Positions 1-9,469 of a stretch of DNA of 64,000 bases are shown piece after piece. This DNA comes from Promethearchaeota archaeon. Its GTDB lineage: Archaea; Asgardarchaeota; Lokiarchaeia; Sigyniarchaeales; SOKP01. The stretch lies in contig RDOA01000007.1 of assembly GCA_011364925.1 (NCBI GenBank), positions 32,001 to 96,000 of the forward strand. The letters are read 5' to 3'. The first letter of the stretch is position 1; each line of letters opens with the position of its first letter. The position numbers and the translations under genes were made by a program. The notes beneath the pieces are model-generated. The model was given only the letters and a program-made list of their open reading frames with translations, was not told the DNA's origin and did not search any database.

Positions 1-3000
1 TGATGGTACAATAACTTTCTTTTTTATTAGGCTTTCGATACCTTCGATTACTATATCTTTATTCTTTTCGTGAATCAGCTCAAAGATGGTCTCTAAGTTA
101 AATTCTTTCTTGCTTTTCGCAATCGAATAAATGACGTTCAAGATACGAGTCTCCATTGAGTTCAGTTCTCCTTCTTTGCGGACCTTTGCTATATAATCAG
201 CGCTATTTATCACAAATGGTTCCTTTAAGTAAAGTTCAATGTAATTATTTATAACAGGCGGAAATAGGTCTTCAAATTCGTGAATGGCGCCGTCCCAATT
301 ACCGATTTGTTCTGATAATTCTAGCATCGCTCCTAAAGATAGATCAGAGATCAAACTCTTCAATCGGTCTGAAGCCCGCTCAGTTAAAATAAAAATTATC
401 CGTAATTCTTGCCGATCACAGATTAAACAATAGAAATACTTGAAATCGAGCTCTAAGATGGTACGAGTTCCGTCTTCTTCGTCTATATTTACTAAATCGC
501 CGCTCTCTCCTCTTTTTCCAACCATTTCTTCTCCGACGGTGATGATAGCCTGTATGAATCCCGCAAAAATCTCCTTTTTTTGTTTCTCTAAAATGGAATA
601 ACTCTTAGTATAAAGTGGAATTCCACTATCCTTATGAATCGCAACAATAGCCTGAATGTTTTCAATATCTTTAAACCTCTGTGTCCTTGATAGCAAATCT
701 GCTTCTCTCCTTCTCCTTCTTGGTAATATAACATACGATCTAATACTCAAAGCCCCCAAAATAGCTATAACAGATATCGAGATTATTGTAATCAAGATTA
801 ACAAAAATGGGTTTGCTTCGCTTGGAGGTGGTGGATTTACAATATTAAATTGGTAGATATGACTCTGAGGTTCATATCCAGGAGCTGAAAATTCGAAGAA
901 AAGTTGATATGTTCCTGTACTATCAAGAAACACTGTATTAATTAGAATACTATAAGTTCCTGGCGTTGTTTCTGTGACGCTATAATACATTGGATTAGAA
1001 ATATTAACTGCTACTGTGGCGTCAGTTATACCCTCCTCACTAATTTTTGAGTAGTAAAAGAATGTGATAGTGCTATTCTGGTTGATGATAATCGAAGAAT
1101 CAGAACCTAATCTTTGTAAAACGGTATCTTCACCTAAATTAATCTCTAAAATTAATGTACTATTCTCAAATCCTATTTTATAAGACGAAATGATAATAGT
1201 ATATAATCCTAAAGAACCCAAATCTGAAGTGTCCAATATTGCGTCGTATATGCCTAATCCAACCTCGACCAGGTACCTTGTACCGCTTGTCCAATTAAAT
1301 GATAAAATTGCATTTGATATTGATTCATTATTCTCTGTATCGCGAAGATATATTCTTAACGGTAAAATGTCACCTACAACACCACCCGTTCGATTGTCTG
1401 ATTTTGCGTCATCTGGACGTAATAATTTAATATAAGAATCATGTCTTATTACAAAATTAGAGTCGATTCCTCCTACAGAAGTGCCGTTTCCCCAAAATAT
1501 TTTAAAATTATATATTCCTCCTGTTGAATTCTGAGCTGCGATATTGAAATTTGAGAATACAACTGTACCATTCGTCATAGGTATTGCGCTATCTTCAAAC
1601 CAAAGGTCCCCCTCTGGACTATATATGGTTAAATTTGCTATAGTTTGTTCGAGTCCTGGTGGTATTTCATTGGTTTTATTAATTTGTGTTTTGATCTGGG
1701 CTATATCACCTGTTTGGAATTCTGAAACCCCCCATTGACCATTCCTTGAAATTTTTACATTTTCTTCTTGGATGAAATTAGGAGATGTAGCTTTGAAAGA
1801 CCACCAACCAGAGTATAGGGCGTTTGTTTTATTGATCTTTAAAAAGGATTCACCAATATTTCCATTCTCAAAAGGACGAGAAAGAAGCGTTGGATCTAAC
1901 GCATATAATATTTGCCAATTCGAAGGTTTGCTTATGATAAACTCAAAATCTGAGTACTGTGAAGGCATAAAGAAGTTATGCGTAAAGTACCAATACACAG
2001 TTCCGTTTTCTAAGATTTCATACGAGGTTCCTTCAAGTAGAGTTTGCCCTATCCGCGAATATGCTTCGTGATATCCATATAAGTAGGTATCTAATTCAAA
2101 CGAAAGCGAAGGTGAACTTGTATTTACCGTAAGAATGACTGGATTAACAGTCCAAGTCCCCGTTAAGTTTAAATCAGAACTACCCCATTCATTTCCCTGA
2201 TTTAAAGAATACCCATCAATGGTAAGATTTATATCACTTTGGCTAGAGTTTGCGAGAGTTGTAAGCTCTAAAGACAAGTTATCAAACCAGAAAATTTGCT
2301 GATGCAGTTCGTCAAATCCAGAATAACTTATTGACGCACCGCTCATTATTCCAAGCGATATTCTGAACTCTTGATCATTCTTAATATCTTCAAAAATGTT
2401 CGAGGTATTTAACCATAAATCTAGATTAATACTCCCAGTACTCAACCATGTTCGTCTTCCCCCATATACTACGATATCACGAATGCCCTTAGAATAAATA
2501 ATTTGATCATTGATAGCACAATACATAAAATTTTCGTTCGTTGACATAGCTGATTCTGCATAATAATCAAAACTTATATATCCATCTATTACTTGACCAC
2601 GTGGGATGGTTATGTTTTGATAAATTTCTGAAAAATCGTTTTCGTAATATGTGGAACCAAAGTATCCAGTTCCAGTTCTATATGGTTCTCCTACTAAACT
2701 AACATACATTGCTGTTTCATTATCTATACTATTCGAACCATAATTATCAACTCCAGTAGCACTATTATTTCCCCAAAGGTCGTAACTATCATAATATTCT
2801 GAACCATCATGAGTATATTCGTAATAATCTATATCATAGCCCCACCATTGAATTGAACCATCTGAATCCATCGTAATTTTTAGATGGTTAGTTTTAATCC
2901 AGGGACTAAAAAAAGCAGGTTTATTACCGGTATCAGTATATTGTAAAACATTACTCTCGTCGTAAAAACAGACTATATCCCAATCTGTTTCTATCTCAAA

Positions 3001-3567
3001 TCTACTAAAATGAACTCGTATTAACGATGCGTTATTTTGAATTATTTCGCTGTGAATGTTTGAGGGATTTGATGGGTCGTGGTTGAGATCTGCAGTGTAG
3101 TTATGTCGAGGCGGAGAAGTGTCTGGTATATTTGATAAAGTTACATAGACTCTGTAAACATCAAGTTCGGAGAAATCTCTGTTTCTTACCCATTCTCTCG
3201 TATCTTGAATATTATTGATCTGAGTTGATATTTTCGATACTTTCCAATCGTGAACATCGTCAAGATAATAATTTAAATTGAGTTCTGCTTGATTATCTAA
3301 TGATACATCTTGACTATCAACATATAGATTTCCATAATCGGTTATATTTAGCGGAACTTCACTACCCTCAAATGCAACAGAATCTGGATCTGATAGTGTT
3401 GGACTTTGAAAGCGGTCAATTAAATCTTTATTTATCGCTTGTAAATTCTTATTCGATTGTGGAACGAAAAAGCTACTTGAAATAATTATTACAAATAGAA
3501 TCATTAGAGATGTAATCCTTAGAATTAAGCTTCTTTTTGTATGTTCGAAGTGTGAAAAAATTTTCAT
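1..3567 (-). CDS. Large single-pass membrane protein (>=1189 aa, 3' end runs off the window): signal/anchor helix, CUB-like domain, beta-rich/Ig-like ectodomain, TM helix, cytoplasmic longin-like domain and winged-helix-like tail
   Basis: Not in the ORF track. Manual translation of the minus frame from ATG 3567 (MKIFSHFEHTKRSLILRITSLMILFVIII...) to base 1 (...IEGIESLIKKKVIVPS) shows no stop. CUB-like IRVHFSRFEIETDWDIVCFYD...LKITMDSDGSIQWWGY at ~3120-2820. TM FLLILITIISISVIAILGALSI at 807-742, then RRRRR, then IQAIVAIHKDSGIPLY...IFAGFIQAI. Confidence 0.9.
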   Translation of the reverse strand, partial: MKIFSHFEHTKRSLILRITSLMILFVIIISSSFFVPQSNKNLQAINKDLIDRFQSPTLSDPDSVAFEGSEVPLNITDYGNLYVDSQDVSLDNQAELNLNYYLDDVHDWKVSKISTQINNIQDTREWVRNRDFSELDVYRVYVTLSNIPDTSPPRHNYTADLNHDPSNPSNIHSEIIQNNASLIRVHFSRFEIETDWDIVCFYDESNVLQYTDTGNKPAFFSPWIKTNHLKITMDSDGSIQWWGYDIDYYEYTHDGSEYYDSYDLWGNNSATGVDNYGSNSIDNETAMYVSLVGEPYRTGTGYFGSTYYENDFSEIYQNITIPRGQVIDGYISFDYYAESAMSTNENFMYCAINDQIIYSKGIRDIVVYGGRRTWLSTGSINLDLWLNTSNIFEDIKNDQEFRISLGIMSGASISYSGFDELHQQIFWFDNLSLELTTLANSSQSDINLTIDGYSLNQGNEWGSSDLNLTGTWTVNPVILTVNTSSPSLSFELDTYLYGYHEAYSRIGQTLLEGTSYEILENGTVYWYFTHNFFMPSQYSDFEFIISKPSNWQILYALDPTLLSRPFENGNIGESFLKINKTNALYSGWWSFKATSPNFIQEENVKISRNGQWGVSEFQTGDIAQIKTQINKTNEIPPGLEQTIANLTIYSPEGDLWFEDSAIPMTNGTVVFSNFNIAAQNSTGGIYNFKIFWGNGTSVGGIDSNFVIRHDSYIKLLRPDDAKSDNRTGGVVGDILPLRIYLRDTENNESISNAILSFNWTSGTRYLVEVGLGIYDAILDTSDLGSLGLYTIIISSYKIGFENSTLILEINLGEDTVLQRLGSDSSIIINQNSTITFFYYSKISEEGITDATVAVNISNPMYYSVTETTPGTYSILINTVFLDSTGTYQLFFEFSAPGYEPQSHIYQFNIVNPPPPSEANPFLLILITIISISVIAILGALSIRSYVILPRRRRREADLLSRTQRFKDIENIQAIVAIHKDSGIPLYTKSYSILEKQKKEIFAGFIQAIITVGEEMVGKRGESGDLVNIDEEDGTRTILELDFKYFYCLICDRQELRIIFILTERASDRLKSLISDLSLGAMLELSEQIGNWDGAIHEFEDLFPPVINNYIELYLKEPFVINSADYIAKVRKEGELNSMETRILNVIYSIAKSKKEFNLETIFELIHEKNKDIVIEGIESLIKKKVIVPS

Positions 3568-3712
3568 AATATCCCCTGTTGTAGATTAGAATAATTATAA
3601 AATGTATAAAAGCTTAAATTAATAAATTTAAGTTTTAAGCTAGACAGAAGACCTATAGTGTTAGTAACTTATATTCAAGTTTACTATGAAAAATAACCAG
3701 CTAATTCTTTAC

Positions 3713-4036
3713 TTAATTAAGGATATCGTTCCTAAACTCTGATTTTAGAATATTTAAAAAGGAAACGCGATCTTCGTTCGTTAAGGCGTTTGGGGTAATC
3801 CCCTTATTATTAAAGCTATCTGGAGGTAAATCGTCAAAAAGTGACAAAATAAGGATAATAGCGTTTTTTACGAACTCCTTTCTTCTGGTTCGTTTTAGGA
3901 CTTTCATTAAATGAATAAACGATTTATTTCTCCACATGGCGGTTGCTTCCCGTTCGGAACTTTGGTTTTGGTAGAACTCAATAATACTCAGATAATAATC
4001 AAGCTCATAGTCTTCGTTGTTATTTGACACTTTCAT
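3713..4036 (-). CDS. Hypothetical protein (helical, 107 aa)
   Basis: ATG-started ORF filling the intergenic space; no recognised motif. Confidence 0.7.
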   Translation of the reverse strand: MKVSNNNEDYELDYYLSIIEFYQNQSSEREATAMWRNKSFIHLMKVLKRTRRKEFVKNAIILILSLFDDLPPDSFNNKGITPNALTNEDRVSFLNILKSEFRNDILN

Positions 4037-4286
4037 TATTCTTAAACCGTATTCTTAATTATCTAATCTTAGAATTTGCTTTTAAATTAGATGAGAATTT
4101 TAATTTTTTGTTGTATTAATTTGCGCATCTATTTTTATTCAAAACTTCTAATCCAATTGTTTTGAAAATTGTATTCTTCTTAATTCAGTTTAAGAATATA
4201 TAATGGTATTTTATGTTTTTATGTGATATTTAGATAATATATCCATCTAAAGAGCATAAATAAAAATTGACTCTAATTTAGAAAGA

Positions 4287-5288
4287 TTATACATTTTCTA
4301 ATTCTGGAGGAATATACCCAAAGGTTTTTTGAAATCGTGATTTTACACTTTTAATGTCATAAGTTTGTGTCTGAGCGCCATTTGTCTCTACAACAAAGGA
4401 TCCTAAAATGGATCCTAACCGGCATGAGTCAAGAAGATTCATACTAAGAATTAATCCCGTAAGAAGTCCTGCACGATAACCGTCTCCCGCACCTGTAGCA
4501 TCAGCGATGTTATTAGGTATCGCAATAGGTATTACTTCGCTTTTTAAATCTCCAGAATCTGTTTTAGAAATTAATTCAGAGCCTTCTGAGCCTTTTGTTT
4601 TTATTATGGCTTTCACATGCTCAAGAATGTTTTGCTCGCTTAAATTTGTTTTTTTAATTACTTGACTAATTTCAAACGAGTTTCCAATCAAAATTTCTGA
4701 TCTTTTTAGAATATCTATTAGATCTTCTCTTGAAAATAGAGGGCTAACTTGGCCAGGATCAAAGATCATAGGAATTTTCAGGCGACTTAGTTGCTCCGCA
4801 AAATTCTTCATTGCCTCAACACTCTGCGTTGAATTAATCGCATAAGCGTATTGTTCAGGATCGGTAATCTTCTTACCTAAATCAATGTTTTTATTCTCGT
4901 CCAAAGCGCCACCATGAAAGATTATCATTTGGTTTGCTTTATTATCGTTTACTATATAACATGCCGCCGTAAAAAGATCAGACTGGACATCTAGGTTCAA
5001 ATCGATGTTTTGGAATTGTGTTATATGGTCTTTATAACCTAAACTATAGAAGTCTTTTCCTACTGAACCAAGTAAAGCAACCTTTGATATGTTGAGTAAT
5101 CCTAAGTTATACGCTATATTTCCCGCAGTTCCTCCAAAAAATTGGATACGACTATTAGCGGTAATTGTGCTTTGATATTCTTCTCTTTCTACATCTATTG
5201 AAACAGCATTAACAAAATTTTCTTCGAAACTCATGATGTAGTCAAATGCTAATGAACCCAGAACGATAATTTTATCTCGCTTCAACAT
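4287..5288 (-). CDS. PfkB-family carbohydrate/nucleoside kinase (adenosine kinase-like)
   Basis: GSLAFD, FGGTAGNIAY, GSVGKDF, FDPGQ and DATGAGDGY PfkB signatures. Confidence 0.92.
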   Translation of the reverse strand: MLKRDKIIVLGSLAFDYIMSFEENFVNAVSIDVEREEYQSTITANSRIQFFGGTAGNIAYNLGLLNISKVALLGSVGKDFYSLGYKDHITQFQNIDLNLDVQSDLFTAACYIVNDNKANQMIIFHGGALDENKNIDLGKKITDPEQYAYAINSTQSVEAMKNFAEQLSRLKIPMIFDPGQVSPLFSREDLIDILKRSEILIGNSFEISQVIKKTNLSEQNILEHVKAIIKTKGSEGSELISKTDSGDLKSEVIPIAIPNNIADATGAGDGYRAGLLTGLILSMNLLDSCRLGSILGSFVVETNGAQTQTYDIKSVKSRFQKTFGYIPPELENV

Positions 5289-5421
5289 GAAACTTACCTT
5301 ATTATTATTTTAAGAAAGCTATACGAATATAATTCAAAGATCAATTATAGATTTTATGAATATTGAAACTTATCAAATTAAAGAGTATTACTTTTAAAAT
5401 ATCAATAGTTTCTTAAATTGT

Positions 5422-6048
5422 ATGGAAAACCTCATAAAATCGATCGAAACCTTAAAAAAGAGAGAGATATCCACCTTTATAAGTGAACGCATCACACAGT
5501 TTTCCTCAATACCTAGATTGGGAATTAAAGAGATTTTTAAAGAACTGTGCTTTTGCATAATGACTGCTAATTGTGGCGCCAAGAAATGCATAGAGGTCCA
5601 AGAAAAGATTGATGATGGCTTTTTGACATATTCAAAGGATGAGTTGAAAAAAAAATTCAAGGAATATGGCTATCGCTTCCCTAACATTAGAGCGGAGTAT
5701 ATTGATGACGCAAAAAGCAATATTCCAGAGTTAAAGCGCGTTTTAAACTCAAACTTAGAAGAAACAGATAAACGGGATTGGATTGTGAAAAATATCAAAG
5801 GATTGGGCTATAAAGAGGCTAGTCACTTTTTAAGAAACATCGGTTTTAGAAATTTAGCGATCATCGACTTCCATATTATTGATCTATTAGTTAAATCCAA
5901 TATTATTGAAAAACCCAAAAGCCTTACGAGAAATAAATATCTTGAAATTGAATCTATTCTCAAACAATTGGGAACTGAGTTAAATTTAGATCTGGGAACT
6001 TTAGATTTATATATGTGGTATCTAGAAACTAAGGAAGTTCTTAAATAA
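5422..6048 (+). CDS. ogg: 8-oxoguanine DNA glycosylase/AP lyase (Ogg2 type)
   Basis: ELCFCIMTAN, YRFPNIRA, HhH motif IKGLGYKEASHFLRNIG, IIDFHI, C-terminal Lys. Confidence 0.95.
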   Translation: MENLIKSIETLKKREISTFISERITQFSSIPRLGIKEIFKELCFCIMTANCGAKKCIEVQEKIDDGFLTYSKDELKKKFKEYGYRFPNIRAEYIDDAKSNIPELKRVLNSNLEETDKRDWIVKNIKGLGYKEASHFLRNIGFRNLAIIDFHIIDLLVKSNIIEKPKSLTRNKYLEIESILKQLGTELNLDLGTLDLYMWYLETKEVLK

Positions 6049-6063
6049 AAGTTGAAATTGTTT

Positions 6064-6330
6064 CTATAGATTCCCTAAAGGTAAATCTAAATCTACTTCG
6101 GCTGTTTTGAGTTTTTTCATAAATTCTATTGTTCCACGGTCGTTTATCATCAATTCTAAGAAATTCTCGTATAAAGCTTCAATGTTGTCTTGTCCCAAAT
6201 TAAAGTACATGTTTTCAGAAGTGAGAGCTATATTTAGAATATCGTAAAGCCCTTGGATACACTCTTTTATGTTCTCAAAGTTATCAAAGGCTCTCTTGGT
6301 TAATTCAGCTAAACTTTCAGTATTTGTCAC
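6064..6330 (-). CDS. Hypothetical small acidic helical protein
   Basis: 88-aa ORF convergent with ogg; GTG start uncertain. Confidence 0.65.
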   Translation of the reverse strand: MTNTESLAELTKRAFDNFENIKECIQGLYDILNIALTSENMYFNLGQDNIEALYENFLELMINDRGTIEFMKKLKTAEVDLDLPLGNL

Positions 6331-6586
6331 CGCTAATTCTTACACCATCAAATCTTAACCTATTAAATAATGAAATTGTTAGAAATTTAAAAATTGCGAG
6401 AAAATTACGGATTTCCGTGACTAAAGAACAAATTTTTTGAAACTCTAAAATGATAATAACCCTAAAGGAGCTAAACCATTTATCTAATAACTCAAGTATA
6501 AATAATTAAAATTTTTTAGATATATATTACCATTCGAATGGAAATTATTGAGTTACAATTTCTAATTACCTCTAATATCATAAAAT

Positions 6587-7630
6587 ATGAGAAAGTTAAT
6601 TGATGCGGTAATTTACACGGATATTCACGATGAATTAGGGCCAGATCCTATTCATTGGGCGCCTCCAGATTTACCTGAATCAATAAGGATGTTAGTGGGA
6701 ATTAAAACAATGACCTTGTTAACGGGAGACCAAGGAACTGTGCCTAATTCCTTATTAATCATTCCATTTCCTTCTTTAAAACTAAAAGGACTAATAAGAT
6801 ACATAGAAAGAGAGGATAGCAGCAAACGGGGTGGTTTTGCGCGATCAGCTATAACGTTCTTATTCAAAGAAGCCGATGATGTAATATTTTACAAGTATAT
6901 GAGCTTTCTTAAAGCTCCATTTGATGAAACCGCAAGAAGGATTATCGAACTTGAGAATAATGAGGTAGAAAAAGAAAAAGTCTTTGAAGAAATCAGCTAC
7001 TTAAGAGATAGTGTAGGTCAATTATTAGATGATTTCAGAGCTAAAGAAATTTCCTTCCCATCTGCTAAAGAATTTCCCGAAAGAATTATAAGAGGGGATA
7101 AGATTGTTGATTATAGATTCAAGCTCGTTGTAGTAGGTGATCCAGGTGTAGGTAAAACTTCAACAATTTTACGCTTTACCGATAATGCATTTTTAAGGAC
7201 ATACGTTCCTACTTTAGGAGTTAGTATTACCGAGAAAATCTTTCAAATCGATGAGAAAGCTGTAGAAGCAATCTTGTGGGACATTGCGGGTCAGAATAAG
7301 TTTCAAACGATGAGGAGGCACTTCTATCAAGGAGCCGAGGCAATCTTACTTATTTTTGACTTAACAAATCGAATCTCTTTTAACAGTATTAAAAATTGGT
7401 ACGAAGATATTATGAAAAATATGGAAAAGCATCATCACCAAATGACTGGCTATATTTTCGGAAATAAAAATGATTTGATTGATGTGCGTAAAGTTAAATT
7501 GGTTGAAGCGTTAGCATTAGCTAAAGAATTAAACTTAAAATACATTGAAACTTCTGCTATGACTGGAAGAAACGTGGAATACGCTTTTTACGACATGGCA
7601 GAAACTGTAATAAAATTAAGAATAGAATAA
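6587..7630 (+). CDS. Longin/uDENN-like domain fused to a Rab-like small GTPase
   Basis: C-terminal G1 GDPGVGKTS, G2 YVPTLG, G3 WDIAGQ, G4 NKND, G5 ETSA. N-terminal VIYTDIHDELGPDPIHWAP and DSSKRGGFARSAITFLF resemble uDENN/longin strands. Confidence 0.92.
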   Translation: MRKLIDAVIYTDIHDELGPDPIHWAPPDLPESIRMLVGIKTMTLLTGDQGTVPNSLLIIPFPSLKLKGLIRYIEREDSSKRGGFARSAITFLFKEADDVIFYKYMSFLKAPFDETARRIIELENNEVEKEKVFEEISYLRDSVGQLLDDFRAKEISFPSAKEFPERIIRGDKIVDYRFKLVVVGDPGVGKTSTILRFTDNAFLRTYVPTLGVSITEKIFQIDEKAVEAILWDIAGQNKFQTMRRHFYQGAEAILLIFDLTNRISFNSIKNWYEDIMKNMEKHHHQMTGYIFGNKNDLIDVRKVKLVEALALAKELNLKYIETSAMTGRNVEYAFYDMAETVIKLRIE

Positions 7631-7648
7631 GAATAATGGTTAAGAAAT

Positions 7649-8221
7649 ATGGATCTTGAAGAAGTTATATTTAGAAGAAGAACAATTAGGAGATTTAAAC
7701 AGGATCCTATTCCTAGCGAAGAATTAAAAAAGTTAATCGATTACGCTCGAGTAGCACCTGCAGGGAGCAATATTCAATGCGTAGAATACATTCTTGTAGA
7801 AACTCCTTCTATGAGAGAGCAAATGTTTCCTTTAGTTAAATGGGCTTCCTCCCTTCCAAAAGAGGAAAGAACCCCAGAAAGCGGGCGAGAACCAGCAGCG
7901 TATATTATCGTTCTGGTAAACACAGATATTAAAAAATCTTACTTTGACTACGATGTAGGAGCAGCGGTCGAGAACATTTTACTCGGCGCTGTTAACTTTG
8001 GGATAGGATGTTGTTGGATGGGTAACATAAATGCCGGTAAAATCAGGAGATTGCTAGAAATACCCGAAAACTACGAAATCAAGCATGTAATTAGTTTGGG
8101 TTACCCTGACGAAACATCAAAAATGGAACCATATAAGGATTCTTTTAAGTACTGGAAAGAAGGAAACGAAATGCACGTTCCAAAGCGAGATTTAGCTGAT
8201 ATAATTTTTAAGATTTTATAA
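7649..8221 (+). CDS. Nitroreductase family protein
   Basis: RRTIRRF, APAGSNIQ, DVGAAVENILL, GIGCCW, ISLGYP. Confidence 0.93.
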   Translation: MDLEEVIFRRRTIRRFKQDPIPSEELKKLIDYARVAPAGSNIQCVEYILVETPSMREQMFPLVKWASSLPKEERTPESGREPAAYIIVLVNTDIKKSYFDYDVGAAVENILLGAVNFGIGCCWMGNINAGKIRRLLEIPENYEIKHVISLGYPDETSKMEPYKDSFKYWKEGNEMHVPKRDLADIIFKIL

Positions 8222-8393
8222 GAGAAAAAAATTGCCCTCTAAAAATTCTCTCTATCTATTAAAATCATCAGATTGAGATTTTAATAGACTAAAATTACCT
8301 AACCCCACCCTAGATTTTTGTTTTTAGTCTTAAACTAAATTAAAATGTCAAACTATCTTAATATTATATCATTAACGTAAAATTTAAGCTTTA

Positions 8394-8464
8394 TTCACCA
8401 AAATTGAGGAAAACATTCTGGGAACAAATTAATTTATTTAAATACATTCCTCAATGTTGAGGAA
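8394..8464. promoter_or_regulatory. Paired palindromic operator-like sites flanking a TATA-like box
   Basis: TTCCTCAA-tg-TTGAGGAA (8447-8464, perfect 8-bp arms) and TTCACCAA-aa-TTGAGGAA (8394-8411); TTTAAATA at 8437-8444. Confidence 0.6.
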
Positions 8465-8662
8465 ATAAAAGCTTGTACTCATAATATGTGGCTCAGTTCT
8501 TTAGTTAAATAGAATATTTTACTAACATTAATGAAATATCTGTTTAGCTCAAAGATAAATTTAAATTTGATTAGTCGTATTTATTTATTGCAGATTTACT
8601 AATTTGATTAAGATTTTATCTTTTAATAAAAACAAAAAATCGACTACAAATTACAATTTATT

Positions 8663-9289
8663 ATGAATGATAACAAATCTTCTCAAAAAAAAAAAAAAAC
8701 TAAGCTCCCAACTTTAAAAGAAAATCCTTTTGTGTTTAGAACATTATCGATGCGAGAATTTGAAACACTTCTTATATTACTTCGAAATGACGGAATAGAG
8801 CAATCAATTTTGAAGATTTTAATTGATCAGGAATTTGGTTATGAAAGTGAAACTAAAGGATACGATCACATTCGCATTTTATGTAAAAAAAAGATCAAGG
8901 ATCCCGATAATGCCGAAAAATATATTACGAATCCTAAATGCTTTGCGCAGAAGAAAAAAATCAAAGAAAATGGTAGAAATGTAACAAGAATATATGTTGA
9001 AGCTGAATTTAAGAAGAAGTACGAGAAGTATATGCTTTCCACGATAAGTAATTTAGATGATTCTGTAAATGAAATTATACAAGAATACATCGAAGGAATC
9101 AGAGAAGAAGACAAAGTGCGAGAAAAATTTAAAGCGTATACAGAAACCATTATTTTAGCACTTGGTAAATTAATTTCAGAATCATCGAGTAAAAGTATGA
9201 GCAGTGAGCGCTTTCAGAAAAAAGTTTACGATACAATTATGAGATATTACCGATCTGAAGTATTGAAGTATGAAGTGTTTTCAAGATAA
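8663..9289 (+). CDS. Putative winged-helix DNA-binding protein with helical C-terminal domain
   Basis: LSMREFETLLILLRNDG...GYDHIRILCKKK...ENGRNVTRIYV follows a MarR/PadR-like wHTH pattern; A15 tract at 8685-8699. Confidence 0.6.
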   Translation: MNDNKSSQKKKKTKLPTLKENPFVFRTLSMREFETLLILLRNDGIEQSILKILIDQEFGYESETKGYDHIRILCKKKIKDPDNAEKYITNPKCFAQKKKIKENGRNVTRIYVEAEFKKKYEKYMLSTISNLDDSVNEIIQEYIEGIREEDKVREKFKAYTETIILALGKLISESSSKSMSSERFQKKVYDTIMRYYRSEVLKYEVFSR

Positions 9290-9469
9290 AAAATAGATTT
9301 TGATCTCTCAAAAATATTGATTTTTTTATTTATATACATAGGACTGCTAGTTTAAATTAACAAAATCTAATAATTTTATAAGAGACAAAATTTTTGAAAC
9401 CATTTTATTTAATATCGAAAAAAAGTTAACACATAATTATAATTCATTTATTTACTCAGACATCAGAAA

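Noticed and set aside
656-3485. Short plus-strand ORFs in the track (656, 1190, 1544, 1772, 3300)
   Set aside because: Antisense shadows of the long minus-strand CDS 1-3567.
3613-3632. Palindrome CTTAAATT-aata-AATTTAAG upstream of the large surface gene
   Set aside because: Almost entirely A/T in an AT-rich region; no second copy noticed.
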